From contig NC_068987.1 of assembly GCF_001194135.2 (NCBI RefSeq), positions 11,332,643 through 11,396,642 on the forward strand: a stretch of DNA of 64,000 nucleotides, read 5' to 3'. The notes below the pieces were generated by a model. The model saw only the letters and a program-made list of their open reading frames with translations. It made no database searches and was not told where the DNA came from. Shown piece by piece: positions 1-12,449 of the stretch (its first letter is position 1; the number at the start of each line of letters is the position of its first letter). This stretch comes from Octopus bimaculoides (lineage: Eukaryota). Both the position numbers and the translations under genes were made by a program.

Positions 1-306
1 ACAACAAATGAGCATGACCGTGTTAAAGGTAATGATTAGCAATGTAGGACCAAGGCAGTGAATTTGAGGTGGGGAACAATCACTTAAAATCGACACCAGT
101 ACTTGACTAAACAATGATGAGGAGGAGAAGGGCTTCTCACGTTACTATCAGGCCAGAGATTTGTAAAAGTGCACTCTGTTGAATTAACATCAATTTATTC
201 CTCATATTTAATTCATCAACGCTAGAAGGATGAAAATGGACAGGAGTGTCATTCTTAGTGGATTTTGAACAGTGAATAACAACAACAACAATAATAATAA
301 TAATAA

Positions 307-779
307 TGGTTTTAAATTTTGGCACAAGGCCAGCAATTTCTGAGGGGGTAAGTCGGTTACATTGACCCCCAGGGCTCAATTGATACTTATTTTATTGAAC
401 CCCCGAAAGGATGAAAGGCAAAGTCAACCCCAATGGAATTTGAACTTGGAATGTAAAACTGGATGAAATACCGTTAGGCATTTTTGCTCTGCGTGCTAAA
501 AATTCTGCTAGCTCACTGTCATCTTAATGATGATGATGATGATAATAATAATGGAATGAAAAGCTGGCAGAATCATTAATGTCAGTAAAAAGTGTTTTGC
601 AGCATGTCTGATGACTCGTCACATGGAGTTCAGATCCTGCCAAGGTCAGCTTTGCCTTTCATGCTTTTGGCACCAATAAAATAAAGTACCAACCTCAAGT
701 GATGTGCGGTCAATGTTCTCAGCTTTCCCTCCCATAAAATTGCTGGCCTTGTGTCAAAATTTGAAACTACTACTACTAC

Positions 780-833
<54 letters not shown>

Positions 834-1607
834 GACAGTGAGCTGGCAGAATCGTCAGCATGCTAGAAAAAATGCCTAGCAGTATTTCGCCAGTCACTGC
901 ATTCTGTGTTCAAATTCTGCCACGGTAGACTTTGCCTTTCATTCAGTTTCTTTGTACCAAATCTACTCATGAGGCTATTGGTTGGCCTGAGGTTATATTA
1001 GTAGAAGTCATTTACTCTGGGTGCCATGCAATGGGGCTGAACCCGGAGCCATGTGGTTGGGAAGCAAACTTCTTACCACACAGCCACACCTGCTCCTACA
1101 TTCCTTTATGCACTGAGTTCAAACCCTGCCCAAGGATTTGACTATACCTCTTCCTCCATAATTTGTAGTCTTAGAAGTTATTATTAGTATTAATAATGTA
1201 AGGTGGTAGAATCATTAGCATGCCTGACAAAATGCTTTTGACTCTTTACATTCTGAGTTCAAATCCCATCCAGATCAACTATACCTTTCATCCTTTCCTA
1301 GTTATAAAATAAAGTATCTGTCATGTACTGGGGTCAGTGTAATCTACTATCTAACCTCCTCACTGGCCTTGTGCCAAATTTAGAAAGAAATAATTATTAG
1401 GACGGTCAGCTGGCAGAATCATTAGCACATCAGACAACATTGTTGGCACTATCTCTTCCGGCTCTTTATGTTATGAGATCAAACCCTACCGAGGTCAGCT
1501 TTTAGGATCGATAAAATAAGCACTAGTTGAGCACTGGGGTTGATGTATGATCAATTGACTTAACTCCTCCCACTAAATTTGCTGGCATTGTGCCAACACT
1601 TTGAAAC

Positions 1608-1612
<5 letters not shown>
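307..1612. mobile_element. Cluster of tRNA-derived SINE family A copies: 307-524 (-), 561-767 (+), 833-940 (+, partial), 1107-1175 (+, fragment), 1198-1390 (+), 1398-1612 (+), with a family B 5' half at about 941-1093 (-)
   Basis: Recurring head GAGCTGGCAGAATC(A/G)TTAGC, B-box-like CTGAGTTCAAAT, body CTTTGCCTTTCATCC...GATAAAATAAGTACC, and tail TTGCTGGCCTTGTGCCAAAATTTGAAAC followed by (ATT)n. Confidence 0.85.
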
Positions 1613-1644
<32 letters not shown>

Positions 1645-1890
1645 TATAATAACCTTTCTTAGTTGTACTTTCCTGGCTCAGCTCAATTATACTTCCCGAA
1701 TTTATGATACAAATTATAGACTATCATTGATGTTACGTATAACATCATCTGAGTAGTTCATAGCCAAAAAGATATGGCTGTCTGCCAAGAGTACTACTGT
1801 TCAACTAAATTAAATTGTAAGCGGAGGGGGCACTTTTTAAAAGCCATTTTCTTTGCTTGATCACTCCTGCCGTCATCACCTTCAAGCTCT

Positions 1891-1926
<36 letters not shown>

Positions 1927-2159
1927 TTCTTATCCTTTTTTGTTGTTGTTGTTGTTGTTGTTCACATTTCTTTGACAATGATAAAAACCCATCAATGCAT
2001 GCAAAATATATCGCCAGTGACTGTGCATGAAATTTCTCCTCAAAAATCTAATTCAGTAACCCTATTCATGACATTCTTTAATCTGTTTTCTTTTCTTTTG
2101 ATTCTTTGTTTTTTTGTTTTTTTTTTAGCTCCTGATATATATCATAGGTTTGTAAAATA

Positions 2160-2735
2160 GGTGCAAGGCATGGTTATGACTAAGAAGCTTGCTTCTCAAC
2201 TGCAGGGTTCCAGGTTCAGTCCCACTATGTGGCACCTTGGACAATTGTCTTCTGTTGTTGCACCTAGCTGACCAAATTCTTTGTGAGTGAATTTGATAGA
2301 TGAAGATTGTCTAGAAGACCATCATATATGTGTGTGTGTATGTATGTTTATTTATATCATCATCATCAGCGATTAACGTCCATTTTCCATGCTGGCATGG
2401 GTTGGATGGTTTGACTGAGGTCTGGAGAGCCAGCGGCTGGACCAGGCTCCACTCTGGTCTGGCAGAGTTTCTACAGCTGGATGCCCTTCCTAACACCAAC
2501 CACTCCATGTGTGTGTGTCTATGGATGTTTGTGTATGTATGTATGTCTTTTTGCTTCCCACATGGCTTCACAACCGGTGTGAGTTTATTTATGTCCCCTA
2601 ACTTAGTTTGGCAGAAGAGAACAGTAGAATAAGTAACAAACTTTAAAAATAAGTACTAAAGTCAATTTGTTCAATTAGACCTTTCAATGTGGTGCTCCAG
2701 CATGGCCACATTCTGGTGACTAAACCAGGTAAAAG
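2160..2735 (+). mobile_element. SINE family B copy, interrupted in its central microsatellite by an RTE LINE 3' end (2347-2512, -)
   Basis: Head ...AAGAAGCTTGCTT...GGTTCAGTCCCACT..GTGGCACCTTGG. The 3' half (TGCTCCAGCATGGCCAC) resumes after a CATCATCATC...TTTTCCATGCTGGCATGGGTTGGA block. Confidence 0.8.
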
Positions 2736-3560
2736 AGCAGTGCATGTGTATGTGTGTGCACAACATGCAAATGTTGACACCCTAGCTGGAAAGCTGCACC
2801 AGGTTCCAGTCTTTGGTTTGGTTTATACAGCTGGATGCCCTTCCTAGTGCCAACCACTTTAAAAAGTGTTCTGGGTGCTTTCTACCCGGAAATTCTTCAT
2901 TTTTTTTTTCCAAATTAAGTGAAACAAAGGTTATGTATTTCAACAGTAATTGGGGAACAAAACGGTTAAGCATCTTTTCTTACGTATTATGGAACGCTTT
3001 AATTTTAACCAAACGAGTAGCGAGGTTTGATTTTGACACAAAACAACACCTCCAGGTTTGCTGAGTTGATGTGGGTGAGTATTTGTGTGTGACGTGAGGT
3101 AAACGTTCAAAGAATGCTGTGGCAAGGAAAATGGATCATTAAGAGTTATAAAAATAGAAATTTCTGTTCGTTTATTTTTGCTATATAGCAATGAAAATAT
3201 CCAACTTTATGTATTCCCATGTCATTTTACTGCGAAATAGCTTATTATCATCACCAAAAACAGAAAAGAAAATTCTCTGACAGATATTTAATTGCTAATT
3301 TGTTAGGTTTGATAAATAAGTCTCCAGTTATTGTTGATCTAAAGTAAAACTTGATTTTCAATTTGCCAAATGCTAATGAGTAACTTTTGCTTAGGCAAAC
3401 TCCTGACACTAAGGTAGTTGATCAAATGTCTTGGCGTACCCCACGTACACCACTTCAAGTATGTCTTGTTCAGTTGTATCTAGAACATTGCACACTTGGT
3501 TGTGTTGTGTTTGCTTGTGAGAAGATACAGTGTAAACAATCTGGGTGTGGCTGTGTTGGT

Positions 3561-3995
3561 GCAGGCATGTTTGTGTGATTAAGAAGCTCTCTTTCTAACC
3601 GCTTGGTTCTGGGTTCAGTCCTGCTGTGTGGCACCTTTGGGCAAGCGTGTTCTGTCGCTCCAGGTCGACCGGTGCCTTGTAAGTGAATTTGGCAGATTGA
3701 AACATGGCAGATTGTGTATGCCTGTGAATGTGTCTGTGCATGTGTATGTATGTATGTGCGTGTGTATGTAATTGTGTGTGTCTATGTACATGTATGTGTG
3801 TGGATGGGTGTGTGACTTTGAGTCTATTTATTACCTCTACCCACCACCACTTGGTAACTGCTGTAAGTTTCTTCACCAAGCAGCTCAGCAAAAGAGCAAC
3901 AGAATAAGTGTAAGGCTGGGGTTGATTTGTTCGCTTAAACTTCAAAATGATGCTCCAGCTTGGCCCACAGTCCAATGAGTGAAGCGAGTAAAAGA
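3561..3995 (+). mobile_element. SINE family B, full length, diverged
   Basis: tRNA-like head, GGCACCTTTGGGCAAG, central (TG/TA)n, and 3' end GCTCCAGCTTGGCCCACAGTCCAATGAGTGAA. Confidence 0.8.
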
Positions 3996-4774
3996 ACAAA
4001 AGAATGAATACCGTAACAAAAGGGTTAATCCTTTTCTTTTCATTGTGATATTTGTCAATTCAAAACATCCTGGTGAGGTTATGCAAAAGTTAAATGAATC
4101 TTATAAATGTCGTCGTTCCTATACCACTTTTTCTCCTTCCACCTCTCTGTAATCAAACTTTTGTCATCAGCTACAATTGAATTTTGCCAGTAATGTTATA
4201 GATTTGGAGATAGCTATGTAGCTTTTCAAATTTACTATCAGCGGTAAGTGTAATGAAATAAGAACAAAATATGTTACATTAACTGCCTGTTGTTATTGAT
4301 TACGTTGAAGCCTAGGAAGTTTACTATAAACTGTAATGTCTATCATAAATACGAGTGCCAACATTATTCTATGATTTAAATTGTATATTACATTATGTGT
4401 CCATGTGCATGCATTAAATGGCACTGTAAATGAGGTTTGGGGTAATTAGTAAGAGGAAATATACAGAAACCTCTGTAAGCTTTAAGTATTATGCTGTAAG
4501 CAGCAGAAACTTTTGGTAAAAAGAAGCAAGTGACATTTAATGAATTGAAGATTATTGAGTAGTAAAAAGTAGTGAATTCGTGCCAGGACTAGTGAAGGTT
4601 CGAGTTTCTTGCTCAACTGCCTGTAGTGTGTGCGTTTGTGTTTTAAGAAGCGTGGGTGGGGTAGTGCTATAAAAAAAAATTAGTTGTACTAAGTGACCTA
4701 GTGTAATTTCTATGACTAATGAACGTTTATCCAAAAAGCTTTTGAATCAGTCTTTTGTAACCATAAGCGAAGAG

Positions 4775-5191
4775 TTAACCCTTTTACCGTTTAAACTGGA
4801 TGTATTCAGCCAAAATATTCTGCATGTTTTTTTGTTTTTGTTTTTTTTATCCAACTTGGCCTGATCCAGCCTTTCATACATACCCAACAAGACATTTTAA
4901 AAGTGAACAATCACATCACCCTAACCTCAAATCCACGAGTTAATGCATGATTAATTCAAAACAATGTGAATAAATAAATGTGTTTGACTGAGTAATCTGA
5001 ATGCTATGAAGGATTAATGTTTAAAAACTGGCCAGATCCAGCCTCTCACATCTACCCTACAATAGCATGCTAAAAATGAACAATCGTATCATCCAAATCT
5101 CAAAACTGTAAGATAATGCATCATTAATTCAAAACAATGTGAATAAATAAGCATTACATTTGACAGAGTAATCTGAATGCTAAAGGGTTAA
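4775..5191 (+). mobile_element. piggyBac-like MITE (family E) with a tandem partial duplication
   Basis: Left end TTAACCCTTT at 4775, first right end GCTATGAAGGATTAA at about 5017, second right end GAATGCTAAAGGGTTAA at 5191. TTAA-CCC...GGG-TTAA termini are the piggyBac signature. Confidence 0.75.
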
Positions 5192-5709
5192 TGCAACCGT
5201 CTGAATCAACATAAACATATGAGATGGCTACAAGAAGGACGGGCTTCTGTGATTTATGATATATGTTGTACGGTAAAATGCTCTCATCTGCTTTGTTTTG
5301 CATATAAGCTTTCAGGTTTTTAAGCTAGTCTCTTTTAGATGCATCGTCTATGCACATTAGTAAAGACATATGGCTTAGTGGCTAGGGTATTCGGCTCTTG
5401 ATCATAAGGTCCTGCGTTGTGTCTTTGAGCAAAACTGAGTGCTTCTTTTTCATGCGACCAGCACTAGTGAGGTCGCCAAGACAGCAAAAAGATTGAAAAA
5501 TGGGGGGAAAGCTTCCAAGATTAAGTGGTTGTAATCAGGGTGGCTTTATATGCCAGGTATTGAGAGACTGATAGAGAGGCAAGCACTGGTGTCTTGCTAT
5601 AGATGGCTACCTCACATTATATAAAGATGTGTGCAGCTGAGAAGGAGATGAAAATGGTAGTGATGGAGGTACCAGAGGAAACTAAGGTAGAAGGTGAGAG
5701 GATATAGAT

Positions 5710-6156
5710 TAGGGGCTCTCGACTATTATTTACCTGTGGACCCCTTTGATTACTGTTTTATTCTGGTGGACCCCCATAGTCGTTCAATGTTTAAAAACTA
5801 GCTTTATAGAAACTTCTTTCATAATTCCTATTTTGTTTTTCACACATTAACTTGTATAGGTTGAATCATGTAAAATATTAGAGAAAGAAACCAAACTGTT
5901 TCTTGCAATACATACCAATATATAAATCATCATCATCGTTTAACGTCCGCTTTCCATGCTAGCATGGGTTGGACGATTTGACTGAGGACTGGTGAACCAG
6001 ATGGCTACACCAGGCTCCAATCTATCTGAATCAAAATTTTTTTCGGGGTTCTTAAAATATCATTGTGGATCCCCAATTTACTTTTTTATTGCGTGGACCC
6101 CAACAAATCTTATATGGATCCTCAGGGGCCATATGGACCCCGGTTGAGAACCACTG
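5710..6156. mobile_element. hAT-type non-autonomous element with a perfect 8-bp TSD and a nested RTE 3' end (about 5927-6025, -)
   Basis: ATATAGAT at 5702-5709 and 6157-6164. Right terminus GGTTGAGAACCACTG, degenerate left terminus TAGGGGCTCTCGAC, internal (T)GGACCCC repeats. Confidence 0.85.
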
Positions 6157-7024
6157 ATATAGATAGTAGATGGGAATGTGGTATTTTACTGATCTCAGAA
6201 ACCAATACTTCAATTTCTGTGTGTGTGTGTGCGTGTGCGCAAACTTTCTAGAATAGAAGTGAACTCCCAACAAGGTAAGCATGTGACTTACTTTCACCTG
6301 CAAGTTCAAATCATTTCAGTTCACTTACATTGCTGCATGCTTAAGAAAAGGCATTGGTGTCACAACACATCCCATATATTTCTTTTGTTCTTAGTCAAAG
6401 GAAATCAATATACATACCTACATACATACACAGTTGGCATCACCAGTTGAAGTATTATGTATACAGTATTATAATTACAATGTCTGTGCGTGTGTGTGTG
6501 TATCTATGAGGTGGTTTCAATGTCTTGCTTTGTCCCAGTGAGCCATTATAATGAATTCAGTGAGTTTGTGTGTGTGAATTCTATGATCAAATAGAGGAGC
6601 CCAAAGCCATTGCTTTAATTTCTCTCTTGTGCAACCTCCATTTTGTTTGCCTCTCCCTCTTGTGTACTCTCTCTCTCTCTCTGTCTCTCTCTCTCAAATT
6701 ACTCAGCACTGACTGTGCTGTTTCAAATTGCTCTCCACGTGAATGGAGATCAAATGTTCAAATGTTGCTTCAATATAAGTAAATTTGGTGTGCTTGCTGA
6801 AGTTTTTACCAATCACCGATCTCGTGCAATAACAGCATTTCCTCAGCGTATCAAATGCAGTATGAAAAGCAGAGAGAGAGTGTGTGTGTGTGTGTGTGTG
6901 TGTGATCATCATTTCTTTTTATCATCGCCATCATCATCATCATCGTTTCCCCACCACCATCACATCTCATCATTTTCATCGTCATTGCATCTTACGAAGA
7001 GCAGCCCCATAAATTCACTATCTT

Positions 7025-7062
<38 letters not shown>

Positions 7063-7954
7063 CCTTTTTCATAATTTCAAAGATCTGATTCTTTTTAACT
7101 AACATGTGACGTGTATGTATGTGTGTGTGTGCGTGTGTACTTGTATGTCTGCGTACATGAATATGTGCATGTGTGTATCATACTGCCGCAGTATGAATGA
7201 GTGGGGGGAATGATCCAGAAAAACCATAACGCTCTATAATTGTAGACAGTGCCAAGAGAAGCAGCATGTGTGCAAGCCGTGTGAGAAGAAGAATGCTTCT
7301 TGCAGTTTTATAAATATTGCTTTTGGGGTTTCTCAAAAGAATCTTTTACTTTGAAGACCCCTTCCAAAGCTTCCTCGCTGACTTCCATATAAAGAAAATA
7401 AAACAGGAATGGAGCGTGAATAGAAGAAGAAACATCGAAGCATATCAATCTATATTAATTTTATCAGCAATTGATTCCTTTCCATCCAACATTGTTATTA
7501 TTATTATTGTTGTTGTTATTTGTGTGTGATTATTTTTCCCTTTAGTTTAAGAAGAAGAAAAAATTCTCCACTTATTTTTGAAACTCTGTCTCAGAATTAA
7601 CCCTTGGAATTACTAATTACTTGTAACACCTGTTTTGTGGGTGTCTGAACAATAATGACGACGATGATGATGATGATGAGGAGGACAAAAGACAAAGTAT
7701 TTTAAGTCTTAACTAACAGTCATAATTTCGTTTCATTAATAATTATGTGTAATTTCCAACTTGTGACAAGGAAACGTGTGTTATAATTTGTTACTTATTC
7801 CGTGCTTAAATAAATTGCTCACTTTCTAAATGTTGTTAGTGAAGAAGATTTTCTTTAGATTTGTTAGTTCAGAATAGTATAGCATTTTAACATAAAAACT
7901 TAAAGTTTTTGGCAGGGTTTTCCCCACTCAGTGACTAACATTTATCAACATTGT

Positions 7955-8192
7955 TATATCTTACTCTTTTACTTGTTTCAGTCATTTGCCTGCGGCCATG
8001 CTGGAACACCGCCGTTAGTCGAGCAAATCGACCCCAGGACTTATTCTTTGGAAGCCTAGTACTTATTCTATCGGTCTCTTTTTGCTGAACCGCTAGGTTA
8101 CGGAGACATAAACACACCAGCATCGGTTGTCAAGTGATGGTGGGGGGGACAAACACAGACACACATACATATATATATATATNNNNNNNNNN

Positions 8193-8239
<47 letters not shown>

Positions 8240-8412
8240 TATATATACATATATACGATGGGCTTCTTTTCAGTTTCCGCCTACCAAATCCACTCACAAG
8301 GCTTTGGTCGGCCCGAGGATATAGTAGAAGACACTTGCCCAAGGTGGCACACAGTGGGACTGAACCCGGAACCATGTGGTTCGTAAGCAAGCTACTTACC
8401 ACACAGCCACTC
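7955..8412 (-). mobile_element. SINE family B, young near-consensus copy (small N gap in its microsatellite)
   Basis: Near-identical to the copies at 18715-19110, 32975-33325, 41322-41975 and 43855-44210. Confidence 0.9.
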
Positions 8413-8647
8413 CGTAATTCTTCCACATTTACCAGTCATGAATAAGCTGTGACTCAGTTGAATTTTTGAATGGTACTCCTATCAGAAAATTACCTTGAAA
8501 TTTGGAAATTTTTTGCAGTATAGACTCGGGTCAACTCAAGTTATGAGGTCTAATTAAAAAAAAAAGGTGGGGGAGTAAACTTGGTTCCTGTGTCTCGAGT
8601 GCACATTGTATGGAACTGAGTATTCTTGGTTCCTATGCAGTAAAGTT

Positions 8648-8811
8648 TTAAACCCTTCAGCATTTAAACTGGCCTTTGTTTTATGTTCAAACCAGGCAGA
8701 TCTGTGCCCTTACTGCTGATCTACAATATCATTACAAATATAACAATCACATCATGCTTATTTATTATAAGCATTACATTTAACAAAGTAATCTGAATGC
8801 TAAAGGGTTAA
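8648..8811 (+). mobile_element. piggyBac-like MITE (family E)
   Basis: Degenerate left end TTTAAACCCTTCAGCATTTAAAC; right end GTAATCTGAATGCTAAAGGGTTAA. Confidence 0.75.
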
Positions 8812-9364
8812 TTGGACTAGAACCATAAAAACACTGAGTCAGTTTATTACTGTTTAAGCTCAGCAAAACACTCAGTGTCTTTCACATAGAGAAAGTCTTT
8901 CCAACTGAAAAGAAATCCTGTGTGTGTGTGTGTGTGTCTGTGAAAATATGTTTTGTAATGCAGTCTAAACTTTCCTCCTTTTCATTATTAGCTGGGAGTT
9001 TCTATATGACGTAGGTTTGCTGTCTGGGACATAAATCATGCCAGTTCATGTAAAGAGAATACACCAGTCATTTGATGCTTTAAAATTGCTGTTTCTGTCC
9101 CAGTTCCATAGTGATCTGCAATGCCCCCAAAGGCATAACCATTGGTACAAGTTCTGAAGTCCATTCCTTCAGCTTGGTTTCCAATTCATTATATGGAGTC
9201 AATTCTTTTTTCTTTTTTCTTTTTTCACAGAGTGTAACAAGACCTTTTTGCTTTTGTTTTTTTTTTTCCTGTAATTCCAAGCCTTCAGTTGGTTTGGCTA
9301 TTTTTCTTTTTTCTTCTGTCTTTATACTTTCAAGTTGAATTTCACAAATGATTCCGGCAGGGTT

Positions 9365-9666
9365 GTTTGTTGAAAAAACTTGCTTTGTAGCCATGTGGTT
9401 TCTCGTTCAGTTCCACTTCACAGCATCTTGGGCAAGTGTTTTCTACTATAATCCCCCAAATTACATTTTGTCTTGTGAGAGAATTTGGTTGGCAGAAACT
9501 GTGCAGAAGCCCATCATATAAATGTTTACTTCTGGGTGTGTCTTTGTGATTGTTCCTCCTGTGTCACTTGACAACCGGTGTTGGTTTGTTTACAAGTCTT
9601 GGGTTTGATTTGTTTGACTAGGTATATGTATGTATGTTTGTGTGTCTTTTCGTTTGTCTCCCCCCC

Positions 9667-9700
<34 letters not shown>

Positions 9701-9855
9701 TGCTTGACATCTGGTCTTGGTTTGTTTACATCCCTGTAACAGCAGTTCAGTAAAAGATATCAATAGAATAAGTACTAGACTTTGAAAAACCTAAACCCTT
9801 TGAGTCTGTGCTCCAGCATGACCTGCAGTCCAATGACTGACGCAGATAAGAGATG
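9365..9855 (+). mobile_element. SINE family B, old diverged copy
   Basis: Degenerate head, CATCTTGGGCAAGTG, and 3' GCTCCAGCATGACCTGCAGTCCAATGACTGA. Confidence 0.7.
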
Positions 9856-10059
9856 ATGCAAATTTAAAGCATGAAACAGTTGGTGCACTTAATTATGAAC
9901 GAACATAATGAGTTCAGAATTTTGGGGTTGAGAAAATATATCTTATAAGACTGCTCTCTAATAATGGGTTTGTGCATACTCACTTGTTTATAATAGAAGC
10001 CAATTAGTAGGTAGTTAAATTGATTGAAACCAACAAGGAATCTATTTACTGCATAGGTA

Positions 10060-10460
10060 CAGGTATGACTGTGTGGTTAAAAAGCTTGCTTCTGAATCAT
10101 ATGGTCTTGGGTTCAGACCCACTGCGTGACACTTTGGGCAAGTGTTTTCACCCTCAAAGCGGATTTAGTGGACAGAACGAAGCCATAGTGTGTGTAAATG
10201 TGTGTGTGATTGTATGTGTATTTGTCTAGACATCACGTGACGGTTGTAAATGAGTGGCATTGTCATACAAGCGAGGTTGTTTGGTTCCAGTCTTCCATGC
10301 AAAACATGTACAACTCGAGGGAAAATCTTCACCTGTCTTGGAAACAGGTGAAGGTTGGTGATAGGAGGGGCATCCAGTTGTAGAAAATCTGCTTCAACAA
10401 ATACCATCTGATTCCTGCAAGCATGGAAAAATAGGCATTGAATGATAATAATGATGATCT
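10060..10460 (+). mobile_element. SINE family G (B-type head with an RTE-like 3' tail)
   Basis: B head, then ...GGAAACAGGTGAAGGTTGGTGATAGGAGGGGCATCCAG...GCAAGCATGGAAAA...(GAT)n. Confidence 0.8.
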
Positions 10461-10571
10461 GTATCATTACCATATTTGTAGTATGATTGACAAAATACCC
10501 CATGGCTTTCAGTTGTAACCCTTTATGTTCTGAGTTCAGTCATCACCAGTGTCAGCTTTACCTTTCATTTC

Positions 10572-10818
10572 TTAACCCTTTTGATATCAACCCACCTGAG
10601 ACTGCTCCTGGTTCTATTATACGAACTTCTTGTTTTAAAATGATCTAAATTAAAACCTTCCATCAAAATTTTAATGCTAATTTATGTTAATTTATGTTCC
10701 AGACATCAGCTTAATAATAGCAAAATTATTTCATTAAATTCTTTATTATTTTAAAAAGCTAATTGAAACGAAGGCAATATATGATACTTCTACAGAAACA
10801 CAGTAACGAAAGGGTTAA
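10572..10818. mobile_element. piggyBac-like MITE (family E2)
   Basis: TTAACCCTTT at 10572 and AAAGGGTTAA ending at 10818. Related copy at about 56769-56990 and a right-end fragment at about 2910-2968. Confidence 0.8.
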
Positions 10819-11799
10819 ATCAATTACATTCCTTTTGCTAAATTTTTGACCTTTTACTAACACGAGAAATTTATTTATAAATTCTGTATTGTACACTAAT
10901 TTTGGCAATGGTGTCTGCAGTTAGTTCTCTTTCGGTAGTTTCCTTTTTTAACTGCAGGAAGGGGAGCCTCTGAGGTTCTTTAGTTCTTTAGCACTTGATT
11001 TTAGGCATTGTAAGTTCTACCCATCTGAAACGCTGTTTACCACGTACTGTATAGTATTTAGTACTTATATACTACTCTGCGCATGTTTGGAGCTGATTTA
11101 TTAGCGAGTTGTTGCTGGAGGGCACTCTGTACTGATTATAGCCTACTGAAGATGCATGCTCAACGACACAAGTAAACTTATTCATCTTCAGCAACAATCC
11201 AGATTTTTTTCTGTAAAGAATTAAACCACTTGCTCCCTTAAAGGCAAGATTATTGTAATATAGACTGAATCAAAGGTTTTCGTTGTTTATTTTTAATTTT
11301 GTCTTGCCGGAAGATAAAAAAGGAAAAACAAAAAAAAAAAAAGCATTTCAAGTGTGAGGTGTCAATTGTCTTATCAAAATAATTCGCATAGTTTGTGCAT
11401 ATAATTAATATTAGAAACTGCTGGCTTCATTATAAATATAAAAAAAAAGGGATAAAGAAAAAAAACTAGCTTTAAATAAAAAACAGTAACAGGACTTCCT
11501 TTGCATTTATACTGCTAGATATAAGTGGAACGTGTAGGGAGGAACAAAATCAACCTTAAAGCAGGCAGTAAGCTTCTTTATTTGTCCCCTTGAGGTAGAT
11601 ATAAACCCTGTTCCAGACAAATTTGTGTGATTTTAATTGGCCACAGTCAGAAAGAAGGTTAATTGTTAAACCTTGCTGTTTTTATAATGTTATATTTTGG
11701 CCCATCCAGTATCTGTCAGCCTTAGTCTCTCTATATATTTATCTTCTCCCATTTACCATGCCTTTATTTGGAAAAGCATTTCTCATTAAAAGAATACAT

Positions 11800-11834
<35 letters not shown>

Positions 11835-12449
11835 GAGGAAGAGGGAGACATTAAGAAAATCCTTGAAACCTAAAACTGATCCCTATATGTTTTCTAGTTC
11901 ACTGTTATTTCAATTTAACATCTTCATTTCCATTGGGACCTCAAAAGTTGTTTTTTTTCCCTTGCATTTTTCCAGATGTTTTCAGTCTCCCTGTTAATAG
12001 TAAGCTCTATATAAACCCCACTTCTGCCCTAAAACAACTGTCTTTGTTTTGATACTGCATATGTTTCAGTTTTACATGGCTTTAATAATCAGATGGGTTC
12101 ACCTCAACATCATCGGTTCTCCATCATCAAAGGACAAACTAGATTTTCCTATTTACACCCCTCGTTTTTACTCTAATTTCAGCCGTTATCAAATCAGATA
12201 TTCTATCCCTAATCCTTGTTACTCTTTTCTTTTCTAATTTGTGTTAATACTGTTGCTAACTTTTAATGGTGCTTCTATACACATCCCTTCTTACTGTATC
12301 ACATTAAATGCTTTAACATGACAGTTTAAACCTGCCTTTCTCAGCTCTTTAATGTTATTTAGAAAGGCTCTCACGTACAGATCTATTAAACATTGTCCTT
12401 TGAAATTGATGACATAATTCCTGAAAACTTTCTCATAATATATATGCAC

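Noticed and set aside
307-1612. CRISPR-like regular repeats
   Set aside because: The units are diverged SINE copies of about 200 bp with microsatellite linkers, in a eukaryotic context with no cas genes.
4202-4243. Possible 42-nt symmetric exon (FGDSYVAFQIYYQ) with donor GCG|GTAAGT
   Set aside because: Good donor but poor acceptor tract, and no recognisable peptide.
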